Shown here in pieces: positions 14,045 to 28,195 of a DNA stretch of 64,000 bases; the stretch's first letter is position 1, and each line of letters starts with the position of its first letter. The notes under the pieces are model-generated. The model had not been told where the DNA came from. It was given only the letters and a program-made list of their open reading frames with translations, and ran no database searches. The translations under genes were made by a program, and so were the position numbers. Source of the DNA: the human T2T-CHM13v2.0 reference genome, Homo sapiens; assembly GCF_009914755.1 (NCBI RefSeq), contig NC_060936.1; one strand, given 5' to 3'.

Positions 14045-14909
14045 TGGAAGAAAGGACAAGATAGCGAGGCAGGAAATTTTCCCTGACTCTTTCATGGGTG
14101 GGAACTGGAGTGCACAGGCGCTAGAACTAGCCAGCTGCTTCAGTGCCAGAAGGGGCAGACTCCACTCACTCTGTCCCACTGTGTCCCACCCCTTGCAGGA
14201 AGGTGAGTACAGGTGAGTGGGTGCAGGAGCCGGGTGAGTGCTTTTGGGCACTGGCAGAAGCAAAACTCCATGTGGCCTCATGGCATCATCTAGGGGGCTG
14301 CCTATGACCCCTGAAGCCCCAGAAAGAGGGTTACAGTCCATGCTCTTTTAGCTTTACTGTCTGTAGATGGCTTAAATGTTAACAGCTCAGTGGAGGGTCA
14401 GCGTGACAGCCTTTTGCACCTGCACCCAAATTCTTGTCCAGCGTCCAGGAGGAATGAGGTTGCATGAAAATTGGAGAGGGTAAATGCAGGGGATTTTATT
14501 GCCGATGAAAGCGTCTCTCAGCGGGAAGGGGAGCTGAAAAGGCGACAGAATGGGAAGATAATCTTCCCCCGGAGTCCAGCTGTCCCTGGCCTGGCTGGGC
14601 TCCTTTCTGAAGCAACACTGTCAAGCTGTCCCTCTGAAGTCAAGCTGCTTCTCTCCAACATCCAACTGTAGTATTTGACGGCCAGCTGCTGCTCCTCTTC
14701 TCCTCTCTCTACTTGCAGGGGCTGGGGTTTTTGTGGGCACAGGATTGGGGTAGGGCGGGCCATGGATAGTTTTGGAAAAGGCAACATTCGAGCAGGAAAA
14801 TGGGAATGCATGTTCTCATTTTGGGCTGTGGTTCCACGCTTAAGAGTGGGGCCCTCGCTGGGGACCCATCCTCTTCTGCTCAGAATTTTCCTGCCTCCTG
14901 TCCCTATCA
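14045..14909 (-). mobile_element. ERV1 LTR, MER52-like (left end approximate)
   Basis: - strand begins TGATAGGGACAGGAGGCAGGAAAATTCTG. Confidence 0.7.
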
Positions 14910-15408
14910 TTATGATGGGATATGATTCCTGGAACTCCTTTCTCGTGGCCATGAATGGAGCCAGCTCTTGAGGGTAAAGTGAGCACACTACAGATAGCAG
15001 ACAAGAGCAAAGAACATTATAGAGTCACTGCATCAAATAACTTGTATACTGCACTATTGCTGGGCTCTGTTTTTGGTGGCAGAATAAATTTCCTTATTTT
15101 TTTTTCAAAAAAGCCTATCACCTTGTGAGATATGCTTATATTCACTTCACAGCTGAGAAAATTGGCATAGAGATACTAATTGCATAACTTGTAATACACA
15201 ATGTTGGCAAAGATGTGGGAAAATTGTTGGTGGGATTATTGATTCAGGAATTCCACTTCCAGGTATTTGTTCTAATTACATAAGTGTAGCTTTGGTCATA
15301 AATTTTATATAAGATTTTTTGTGACATTTAAAATAGCAAAAAGCAAATCTAAATGTCCGACGATAGACAACATGTTGAATTAAAGCCATTGAAATATGCA
15401 GAATTGTG

Positions 15409-15414
15409 TTTATT
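15409..15414 (-). terminator. Candidate distal polyadenylation signal AATAAA
   Basis: tttatt on the + strand, with U-rich sequence downstream on the - strand. Confidence 0.55.
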
Positions 15415-16401
15415 GGCATAGATGCTTATGATATATTGTTAATTGAAAAAGCAGGTAACAAATTAATATACAGTATTATGTTAATTATGTAAAAAAAGTA
15501 TACATATTCATAGAAAAAGTTTGGAACAATCTCAGATATCATCTGTAGGCTATTTCTGTTTGAAAATAACCAAATAGATTTTTGGGTTGACTCAACAAAT
15601 TATGGTTGAGTCAGTCTTACTTTCCTATTTTATAAATGTTTTTTACATCATTGGGTATTTAATCATTTTAAAAATCTACTCAGGCATCATTTGTATAATA
15701 GTAATAATAATTTAATCCCCCTTATTTCTCATGTCTCATGCCTTATCCATCATCCCTCATATCCTACTCTTAGCCCAGATTTTCCTTGACAGCTTTATTT
15801 TCTTGGAGGGCAGGTATGGGGAACCAAATTTGTTTCCTTACCCTAGCTCTAGCCATTTCCACAAAAGCTTTTATAGATAATGTCCATTTTGCTTATTATT
15901 TTTAGTTTAACCAATACTTAATATGTGCCCACAGCTCACTACCTAGGCCCTGATTTAGGCATTAGGAATAAAAACTATCTCGACTTAGTTAAAACCACCA
16001 GATGCATTGCTTGAAAACCTGTTCTGCCACTTAATAGCTGTGTGATTTGAGCAGGTTACTTAACCTCTCCATTTGAAAGCAAACATTTATTGGGCTCCTG
16101 TTACACATTAGGACTGGAGATACAGTATTAAAACAAGTACCTGTTCATGAAACTTACATTCTAATGGGAAAAGATCATTGATTAATATACAACAGGTAGT
16201 GATAAGTGCTATGAAAATAATGCACTTATAAAAAGAATAAAGAATGACAGCAGATGGGGTATGAATGTGGGGGCATATGGCCTATTTTAGAAAGCATAGT
16301 CAGGGAATGTGTCTCTCATCAGATGATATTTGAGGAGAGACCTGCAGGAAGTGAGCCAGCCAGCCATGAGGTTGTGTATGGACAAGAGTTGCAGGAAGAG
16401 G

Positions 16402-16604
16402 CAGTGGTGTGCTGGTGCTGGCTTGCATTTGTTCTGATGGCATGCATCTCTTCCCAAACTCTGTATTCAGTGAAGGCAAATTAGTGGCTCAAAAATAGCC
16501 TTGATGAGAGTATTTACACATAGATACCTGCAAATGCTACAAATGAGGGTTTTCTCCCCCGTCCCGGAGAACTATTTGTTAAATATTTTACCAGCACACC
16601 CCTG
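16402..16604. mobile_element. hAT MITE (MER63-like) in the 3' UTR
   Basis: TIRs cagtggtgtgctggt / accagcacacccctg; perfect 8-bp TSD GGAAGAGG. Confidence 0.8.
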
Positions 16605-16778
16605 GGAAGAGGAAGAATAAGGACAGAGGCCCTGAGGCAGGAGCAGGCTTGTTCTGTTGAGGAAGTCAAGGCAGTCAGGATGGTGGAACAGAATGAGAGG
16701 GAAATTGACAGGAGATGAGGTCAGAGGTAGCTAGGAGCAAGATCAGTAGGCCAGGTAAATACGTTGGACTTTGGTCTA

Positions 16779-17215
<437 letters not shown>

Positions 17216-20029
17216 TTAGGGGTAGAGGTAGTAAGAAAAGCACGTTGATTTCTTCATTTTTTTCAGAGATTGTGAAGATTAAATAACATTTAAAACATGC
17301 TTAGCCTAAGGTCTTTCATACAGGAGGCCCTTAATAAATGGTAGCTGTCATATCGTATTATTATTGACAGAAGGCCCATACTGGAGTTGGGGAGGGTTGT
17401 TCATATCTAATTAAGAAGGCAAGTAATTTTAGTACAAGTGGTAAGTGCTATGTTTGAAACAAGTGGGAACGCTGAGGAGAAACACTTAGCCCAGCTAGGG
17501 TAGGAAGGTCCAGGAAGGGTGTTAGAGCAAAAGGGACAGCTTTAGCAAAGGCATGGGGATGGGGAATTAGAAGGAAAGTGGAACTGCTTAAAGTGTCCAC
17601 ACCTCCCGATTCAGGTGATAATAAGATCACAGCTTCATCCTTAGCATTATTAGCAAAATAATCCGTGATCTAAAGCAACAGCGATGATTTTATTACTCTA
17701 TGTGTTAAGTAAATCACCTAGCAGGCTGGGGAGGGTGATGTTCCAATTCCAGTTCACTTGGTAACTTTATGTATTACACAGAGCCTTTGATTCTGATCAG
17801 CCAGATCTAAAAATGTAAGCTGGTAAGAAATGTTTAAAACTTGCTATGGAGAAAGGAGTTCTTAATCTGGGGCCCAAGCATGGCCTTTGGGAGGTCTGTG
17901 AACCCTTTGAAGATACTTGCAGAATTGTGTGTGTGCACATGAATTTTGGGGGTAGAAGCGGGACACAGGGAGTGTTCATAGCTTTTATCAGATTCCCAAA
18001 GAGTTTTGCAGCCCAGAGAATATTTAAAACACTGCTACTGAGATGAATATTAGAGGGTAAAGTAAAATCAGTCTAGAAGGACAGGCATGTTTTTGTCTGC
18101 CATTCCATCTATCATTAAAATAATTTGATTAAATCATATTCTAAATCACATGAAATCAGTTAAAACATTTCACTTAAAAGTGATTACTTATAAAAAGGCT
18201 TTTGTCACTTTTATTCAAATATGAACTGTCATTTTGGGCCCAGTGAATATTCATTCCAACTTAAAATTTCAGCTGTGCCAAACTCTGGGATGGTAAATGA
18301 GCTATAGTATAATCAAAAGTGCTTCCAGGCCAAATTCGCTCTGTTTATCATGCTGGGATCAAACCTCCTATTCTTCCTTTTGAAAATGTTCTCTGACTCT
18401 GATTTTGTTGTTTAGTTTTTATTGATTCCCTACAATCCCCTCATGTTATTCTGCCAAGTCTCCAAAATGACAAATATTCCCTAAGGCTTCTTCAAAGCCA
18501 AAGAAAAAGGAATGTTTACTGAAATTTTATTTTTAAAGGAGGATTAATAGAATTTAACTTTCTGGCTATCTTTTGGAGACTCATGTGATTCAGAAATTTG
18601 CCGCCTTCTAGTCACACATAGATGGTGAAAATTTACTCACCTGACTACTTCTGTCTGCCAATGGGAAATGGGCTGTTAATAGTTTCCATTTCTTCAATGC
18701 TATGGTCCAAACGCCTTGTTAAGTGCATTATGTATATTATCTCACTGAATCCTTGCAACACCTACTGAGATAGAGATTTGATTTTCATTTTATAGATACT
18801 CAACCTAGGCTCTGAGATATTAGATTACTATCTTGCCCAAGATCACACAGCCAGTGAACAGCAGAACCAATAGGTAGAAAAATGGAAAGTAAGATGTCCC
18901 ATGAAGGACGAGCGAGCTGCCCAAAGAAAAGCACCCCTTTTCCTTGTACTATTGCCATTTTTCATTGTGTGGCATTTTTCAGTGCTGCTGTATCAGGCAT
19001 TGTGTCAGAACAATGGATGAGAAAAATATCTAGGAATTGATGATTGAAAAGGGTTGTGGGAAATGAATTCATCTAGTTAATTAAACTATCTCAATATCTT
19101 TTAAGAATGGTGACAGAGGAAATCAGAGTTAAATTTGAGTACTTACCATGAGCAAAGCATTAATGTGAGGTGCTTTACTTACATTACTGCAATGAATTCT
19201 CCTATTAAGGGTCCTGAGGAAGGCATTTACTATCCCTGTTTTACACATAGGGAAGCAGAGGCTCAGAGGAGTTGCGAGAGTTTCCCAAAGTTACATAGAT
19301 AGGAAGATGGTATGATACGACCAGGATCAGCCTTCTACTATATCATATGTAAAATTTGCTTCAAAAGCTATTTACTAAAATTTAAACTATGTGGGGGCCA
19401 GCCATCATATCATTAAATTCTCTATACTCCTCAGAACATAATATAGTACCTGGTACCTAGTAGGTACTCAAGATAATGTTTCTAGGTTGATCACCCATCA
19501 CAGTGGGTTAAAAAATGGAATATCAAAGGCACAAAGATGTATCTTATTTCCAAATACTAAAAAAGAACTACCTTCACATTCCTTACAGGTTATACTGTTC
19601 CTTAGAAGACTTATAGAAAATCTTTTTAATAACCCCCTATGTATAGTTCAGAGGTTAAAAACCTGTACATATTATACAAAGTTTCCAATAAATGCACCTT
19701 GTGTATTATAACTGCATGGTACTGACATCTTCAAGATGGGAACCATGAATAGATTTGTCTAGGTAGGGGAGAAACAGCTTGGTATTTTAGAAATACGTAT
19801 GATATACAACATAGTCAAAATGCAACAACTCCAAATCACTGGAAGGTGTATTAGAAAATACTCAGGCACATGTGTAAATGCTTTAACATGGCCTGGCCCT
19901 CTTCATGGTCCATCTGTGTATTTTTTGGTTTGTGGCTGACACCTCCTGCCTCAACACACCCAATCTTCTTAAGTGTGTCCAGAGTTGTAAAGGGCTGTCT
20001 GTCAAGGCTTTCCTGATGATGGTGTTGCT

Positions 20030-20085
20030 CTAATATTCCAGTGTCACCGTCTTGGTTTTGAGATATTCATTTAGAGCTTCCTCAC
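20030..20085 (-). CDS. ALDH1L2: ALDH1L2 exon 23 coding part (56 nt including TAG)
   Basis: ctag|GT GAG GAA...GAA TAT TAG; GEEALNEYLKTKTVTLEY*. Confidence 0.97.
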
Positions 20086-20208
20086 CTAGGGAAGAGAAAA
20101 GCAGTTGACAGACCACATTCAGAGGCAGACATGTGATGTCTTCAGACCTTCAGACATAGGTATACGTAGGTGTCCAGGTCACTAAGTAAATAGAATGTGG
20201 CCTAAGCC

Positions 20209-20372
20209 AGTGCTTCTCACACTTTGAAGTTCATACTAACCATCTGAAGACTCTGTTAAGTTGCAGATCCTGATCTGATTAAGTCTGGTGTGGGCCCAGA
20301 GGTTTTGTGTTGCTAACCATTCCCTGATGATGCTGATGCTAGTGGTCCATGGACCACACTTTGAATAGTAAC
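20209..20372. mobile_element. MER5-type hAT element
   Basis: cagtgcttctcacacttt...ggtccatggaccacactttgaatag. Confidence 0.65.
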
Positions 20373-22007
20373 AGCCCAGACCAGCTACCAGGCCTTCTAA
20401 GGAGCAGAGAGTGTTGCCTGGTCAGCTTCAAACCAAAACCCTTCTCTTTTATTTCCCTACTTGATGACAGACTCTGCCTTTTTGTCCATTTAAACTAAAC
20501 AGAAGTAACCAGGATACTGTCCTCTGGATTATATTAATTAAAGCAGAACTGAGCACAGGAAAGTTTGAAATCATTTGGTTTAACCTTATTTTAAAGATAA
20601 GGAAAATTCAGTTTATATTGTTTGTTAGAAACACAGGGAAACCTGTCTAGGCAAAAATAAATAGGTCTGCCTTTCTTTGACTGTTTCTATTTTGAGCCAG
20701 TACTGTCATCAATCTCTACAGAGGTTAAAGGGCACTGAATACCATGGGAAAACTAATGAGTGCGTGATTCTGGAAGCTGAGCTAAAACAAGGGCTGTCAA
20801 CTTTGTCCGCATGTTAGAATCACTCAGGGAGCTTTTAAGACTCCTGACCCCACATCACACCCCAGATCAATTAGATCAGTATCTGTATTTTTTGAAGCTC
20901 CCAGGTGATTTGAATCCACTGTGCAGCTAAGGTTGACAACCACTGGGCTAAGGGGTTTTAAAATTGGGGGAGGAAGAAACTATTAGAAAAACTGTAGTAT
21001 TTTATAGTAAAACAGACCTGGAGCTGGTCAAATACACTCTCTCAAAAGATGGGTGAAACAGGGATGCCTCACTTTCTAATAATAAATTCCCTAAGAAAGT
21101 CTCCTACAGTGATTTGGATTCAGGCATGAAAACCAGATTAAAGACATGGAAAAGTTGGGGGGGAAGCCCTTACCTTCACCCAATGGAATTTAAAATGAGA
21201 GCTACTTTTACTGCTGCAAATACATGGCCAAAGTCATTAGTAAAGAGAAAATGTAAAAACAAAACAAAACAAAAAAACTCCAAATGAACTAAACTTATAT
21301 TTGCAGACTGTAATTTCAGTAAATCACAAACATTTCAGTTTTTGAAACAACGTACCAGACTGAGGGGAATAAGAGATGTGCTCCACAGCCAGACCGCCTG
21401 CCTTTGAATTCTCTCTTGCCAGTGCCTGGCTCTGTGACTTGAGGCAACTCACCCAGCCTCTCTGAGCCCCATTGTCCTCTTCTGTATAATAAGATAATAA
21501 TAGTACCTATTCCTCTGAGCTCGTGTGAGAATTGCCTTTGCTTATACAGGCTAAGTAGAATGGGGCCTGGCATGTGTTTCGCACTGAAAGTAAGCTATTG
21601 CTTGAAAGGTGTTAGTGTCACTGCTCACAGTGAATTACATTTTGGGCTTTTTACAAACTCTTAAGTCTCATTGCTCAGACTCCCAAAAACCCTGCCAATT
21701 GCAGGGTTTTTTCAGTGTTGACTCTGAAAGCCTGCCAAGAAGCTCCAGGACAGGATTTATTCTTGGAGCTCGCTGGTTATTGCTCTCCACCCATTTGCCT
21801 CTCTTGGTTCCATTTAGTCTCGTGACAGCTAACCCAAGTTCATGCCGAATGTCAGATTAAACACCAAACATATTTCAGCTAAAGTATATTGTTGCAATTT
21901 CTTTTTCCTTTCAAACATTAATCTTTTTTGAAAAGAAATATCTTTCCACACAATGTGTGTACTTTTCTGTATGTATGGTATATTCAATAGAAATGTTTAA
22001 TATTTTA

Positions 22008-22358
<351 letters not shown>

Positions 22359-22469
22359 TTAGGAAGACATAAAACTTCATTAAATGTAAAGCAAAAGACT
22401 CATTTTATGTTCTGAAAATTTTCCCATCTATGCTAGAAACAGGAAAACATTACTGCCATCTGCTTAAAT

Positions 22470-22780
22470 GTTTTTGTTGTTGTTGTTTTTTAGAGGCCAG
22501 GCATTGCTCTGTCACCTAGGCTGCAGTGCAGTGGCACAATCATAGCTCACTGCAGCCTCCATCTCCTTGGACTCAAGTGATCCTCCCACCTCAGCCTCCC
22601 AAGTAGCGGGGACTACAGGCATGTGCCACCATGCTCAGCTAATTTTTAAAAAAATTTTTTTGTAGAGATAGCATCTCCCTGTGTTGCCCAGGCTGATCTC
22701 AAACTCCTGGCCTCAAACTATCCCCCAACCTTGCCCTTGCAAAGTGTTGGGATTACAGGTGTGAGCCACTGCGCCCAGCC
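22470..22780 (-). mobile_element. AluJ (donor copy)
   Basis: Full length with TSD-like tgcttaaat/tgattaaat. Confidence 0.9.
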
Positions 22781-23711
22781 TGATTAAATTTTTATAAATG
22801 AAAATATCAGGCTCACACCAAAAGAAAGTCCCAAAAAAATATTACTAGTATTACATTTTTCATATATATCATGCAACACCTTTCAAAATCTGACCCAAAG
22901 TCATATATTCAATCTTCTTCAATGGTTCTCATTCATGATCTCCCACTCCCTCCCCTCTCCCATGACTCCCACTTCTAGATGGATTTTCAGAGTGTCCTCC
23001 CTATTTCCTTCCATCTCTTCCGATTTTGCACATAAGGTTCAAGCCTCCTTCAGTGCCTGAAGCCGTTTCAGATCCCACCAGTGCCATTGTCGAGGTGGGA
23101 GAGTAGGGTGGTTCTGTGAGAGGGCTCTGCAGCCAGACTGCCTGGTGACCTTGGGTAAATGACTCCATCTCCCCTCGCCTTCATTTATTATTGCGAACCA
23201 TGGAAATAATAATAAAAGGACCTGTCTAGTTGTCATGAGGATGAAATGAACAAATCATGCCTGGAACACAATAAATGTTCAATAAAAGCCAGCTATCATC
23301 AGGTAGCACATATTTTTCCAAACTTAATATTTTGGTAGAACCAACTATATAGTGCTGACTTAACTCTTCCTGTAGGTAATGGTTCACCCTCCATAAATTG
23401 GAAGATAAAAGTTCCCCGAGGGCAGGGATAACTTTATGTCTCATATACCTCTTTATGCTATGGTGTTGCATCGTCAAATGCGAGTGAATGGGATTACATG
23501 TGCTTATTCAACAAAATAGGTCCCGTGATTTCCCTGCCTTTTGACTTAGTTTGTATACACATCCAAGCAGGTGAAGACATGAACCTACTCTTTTCTCAGT
23601 TGAGTCGAGTTCTAATGTGCCTGTCATAGTGTATGTACCTTCTTCTAGTGTGATCCTAATGCTTAAAAACGCACACATTTTCTACCACATGGCCAGCAAA
23701 TACAAGCCAGG

Positions 23712-24133
<422 letters not shown>

Positions 24134-24464
24134 TGAAGGAATTTTCAAAGGCATCTTGACTATCCAAAATTTTAAACTTGCACAAGAAATCTGGAATCTA
24201 ACCTGGAGTGAACTTGGACTCTGCTAAAACTCTCACACTTCTTGATGCATTGCACATGGTAGGGACCCAAATATTTATAGAATGGACTAGAGGGAGAAAG
24301 ATGGTTTTATGCCATTTCTCGTTGAGGACTATCAAGATATCACCATAGCTCCATAGCACATTGTTTATGTCTACAGCAATGACAAGCATATATTGATGGC
24401 AGCAGCAACAGCAAATACTTGACTTAGTAATACTCAGAATGACCTAAGGAGGTACACATTGTTA

Positions 24465-24920
24465 CCAAACCATACTCTATTATTTGCTCACTGCAATGCT
24501 CTATTGATGTCCCTATGTTTTTAGGAAGACATAAAACTTCATTAAATGTAAAGCAAAAGATTCATTTTATGTTCTGAAAATTTTCCCATCTATGCTAGAA
24601 ACGGGAAAACATTACTGCCATCTGCTTAAATTTTTTTTTTTTTTTTTTTTTAGAGGCCAGGCATTGCTCTGTCGCCTAGGCTGCAGTGCAGTGGCACAAT
24701 CATAGCTCACTGCAGCCTCCATCTCCTTGGGCTCAAGTGATCCTCCCACCTCAGCCTCCGAAGTAGCTGGGACTACAGGCACATGCCACCATGCCCAGCT
24801 AATTTTTAAAAAAAATTTTTGTAGAGACAGGGTCTTTGTTGCCCAGGCTGATCTCAAACTCCTGGCCTCAAGCTGTCCCCCGACCTTGGCCTTGCAAAGT
24901 GTTGGGATTACAGGCATGAG
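24465..24920. repeat. ~455-bp direct duplication of 22301-22765 (exon 22 start, intron flank and AluJ)
   Basis: 118-nt unique intronic segment with only 3 differences; the Alu copies share private mutations (gaggccaggcattgctct, atctccttgg, cttgcaaagtgttgg). Confidence 0.95.
24466..24512 (-). pseudogene. 47-nt pseudoexon: degenerate copy of the 5' end of exon 22
   Basis: aaaaacatag|G GAC ATC AAT AGA GCA TTG CAG TGA...TTTG|gtaaca; aligns to 22302-22350. Confidence 0.85.
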
Positions 24921-25931
24921 GTGCAGAGTGGTTAAGTAACTGGCCCAAGCTCAGAGGGTTAGTGAGGGGAGAGGAGGCAGAGTTGGTCCTCTGACCCACT
25001 GCACCATCCTGCCTCTGACCCTCTGTGGACTAACTGTCATCTCTGTCTGTCTCCCCTGTTAGATAATAAACTCCTTAAGGTCAGGGGCTGTGACTTACCC
25101 ATGTTACAGTAGATTCCCTCAAACCTGACTTCTAATGTCTGCACATTTAACACCACCACCATGGGAGAATGTATAATGAGAAATGGCATAGCATGCATCC
25201 TTGAATGGATATATCAAAGGTTACTCACTACACCTTATAGTCCCCTGAAGTCTTTTATACTATATCTATTAAAGACCGAGAAAGTCTATTCTTTATTTTT
25301 TTTTCAAGTTCTCATTGGCTGAAATAAATCTAAAGCCATTCTGAAGAATTTTGTGCAGTATACCATGAGACCCCATTCTATTAAGTATTGTTTTATGAGC
25401 TCAGTTAGCACTTGGACCTCTTCGATAAGCTGAACTCTTTGCAAAGTTTCATGTAGTATCACAAGCCAGCATGTCATTTACAGTTGATTATATGATGATT
25501 ATGAACATTTCCATGAAAAGTTGAGTATCAAGCTTTGGGGGGCAATATCCCCTATAATAACAGCACTCTTTCTCTAGGGAAATAAGATTTCACAGATGCA
25601 TACCCTAGGAATTTAAATGTGAAAACCAGTTTTGTTATTTCTCAGTTATTTACTTTGTTCCACAGACATCTCAAATGTCAAGTGCAGAAAAACTAAAATT
25701 TATTCAGCTAAAAGCCCATTATGTTGGCCATTAATTGAAGCTGAAAAGCAAAAATATACTATGATCTACGATGGTTAGCAAAAGCGTAACTTCTAATTAT
25801 TTAAGTTAATTATTCTTATGGTAGAAAATTACATGTTCATTAATCTTATGCTGTGTATATAGCACAGTGGCAAAGGGGAAAAATGACTTATCTAGTCAAA
25901 ACCTAAGTTACATTGTGTCTGAAGAACCTAC

Positions 25932-26037
25932 CCATTTTGGAATTTAGAAATGACCATAATAGGCCCAAAGGATTCCTCTTTGGCGAGGTACATGTAGTCT
26001 TCCACATCTGTGAACACGGTCGGCTCCATGAAAAAGC
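25932..26037 (-). CDS. ALDH1L2: ALDH1L2 exon 21 (106 nt), EESFGP motif
   Basis: aaag|GC...GG|gtaggt; [36 protein letters not shown]. Confidence 0.97.
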
Positions 26038-27079
26038 CTTTTTGGAAAAAACAAAGAAAAAATGTCAACTGTAGGTTAAGTCATTTTCAATTAATAGTCC
26101 TCTCACTTAATTACATTATAATTTTTTCTTTCCCTCTGGCCCAGTAAAACCAAGAAGAGTTGCATTTCTCTATTTGGTGTTGGCATGCCCAGGTTCTTAT
26201 TTTTTAATGTCTTTATTATGAAAATGTCAAACCTATGTAAAGGTAGAGAAAACAGTATAATGAATGGTAAAATAAATATCCATATTTTGCTGTATTTATC
26301 TTTTCCTCATTGAAATATTTTAAAGCAAATTCCAGATATCATAATTTTAACACCTCAGTATTTCAGTACACATCTGTAAAAAATAAGGATATTTTCTTAT
26401 ATAACCACTATACAGTGTCATGCTTAACAAAATTAGTAAGTATTCTTTATTCAGAGTTTATATTTTAATTTCCTTAATGTCTAGAAATTAGCTTTTTCGC
26501 AGTTGGTTTGTTTGATTTAGGATTCAAATTCTTCTACACATTGTATTTGGTGTTTAGATTTCTTAAGGATCTTTTACTCTAAAACATTTCCCCATTTTGT
26601 CTTCCCCTTATTTTTTATGCTATCGTCATGTTAAAGAGACTGGGTCAGTTGTTTATACATTATCTTTCTTTCTGGTTAATCATTGCTTCCTTTGGATGAT
26701 ATTTGTTTCTCTATCTCTTGTATTTCTTCTTTTTCCCAGTGACTTTTATTGTGGTAAAATACACATAACTGAAATTTACCATCACAACCATCTTTAAGTG
26801 TACAGCTCAGTGTTATGAGATTCATAATATGCAACCTTCACCACCATCCATTTTCATTAACTATTTTCAGCTTATAAAACTGAAACTCTATACCCACTAA
26901 AAAATAACTTCCTGTTCCTTCCTCCCTCCCTACTGCAGTTCTTATGAATAGAAAGCTTGGCTTAAAGGTATAATTAGATTCAGCTTAAGCTTTTTTGGCA
27001 GGAACACTTCATAGGTGATACTGTGTATTACACGTTTTATTCCATCAGGAGACACATATTATCCAGTTGTCTCCCCTTC

Positions 27080-27311
27080 TTTGTTTTGTTTTGTTTTGTT
27101 TTGTTTGAGACAGAGTCTCAGTCTGTTGCCCAAGTTGGAGTGCAGTGGCTTGATCTCAGCTCACTGCAGCCTCCTCCGCTCACGTTAACCTGCCTCCTAG
27201 GTTAAAGTGATTCTTGTGCCTCAGCCTCCCCAGTAGCAGGTGCGCGCCACCACACTGGGCTAATTTTTGGTAGAGATGAAGTTTCACCATGTTGGCCAGG
27301 CTGGTCTTAAA
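27080..27311 (-). mobile_element. Degenerate, internally deleted Alu
   Basis: (ttttg)n tail, Alu motifs, truncated head. Confidence 0.8.
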
Positions 27312-27376
27312 CTGTCGCTGTCCATTCCAACTGAAGAAGGCGGGCACCCGGTAAACCCCCACAGAGGTGATCTTAC

Positions 27377-27542
27377 CTGGCCTTTGGACTTGTCTTCCCC
27401 CGTACACCAAAGTGGCCCCTTCTTTCACTCCAGTTTCACAGTATTGCAGCAGCTTTTCCAGATGAGCCTTATGATTTTGGGGCCCATGATCAGTGGATCT
27501 GTCAAGTGGATCACCAATTTTCATCTTTTTAATTTCTTCTAC
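27377..27542 (-). CDS. ALDH1L2: ALDH1L2 exon 20 (166 nt)
   Basis: acag|GTA...G|gtaaga; [55 protein letters not shown]. Confidence 0.97.
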
Positions 27543-27674
27543 CTGTATGTTACCCAGTCCATAAAAACACAATTCACTGTTAATAATAATGGAGTTTCTA
27601 CCAAGTGGTAGGTGTTATACTAAGGTGTTTATAGATGTATTGTCATTTAGTCTTTACAATAGCACCGGAGGTAG

Positions 27675-28195
<521 letters not shown>

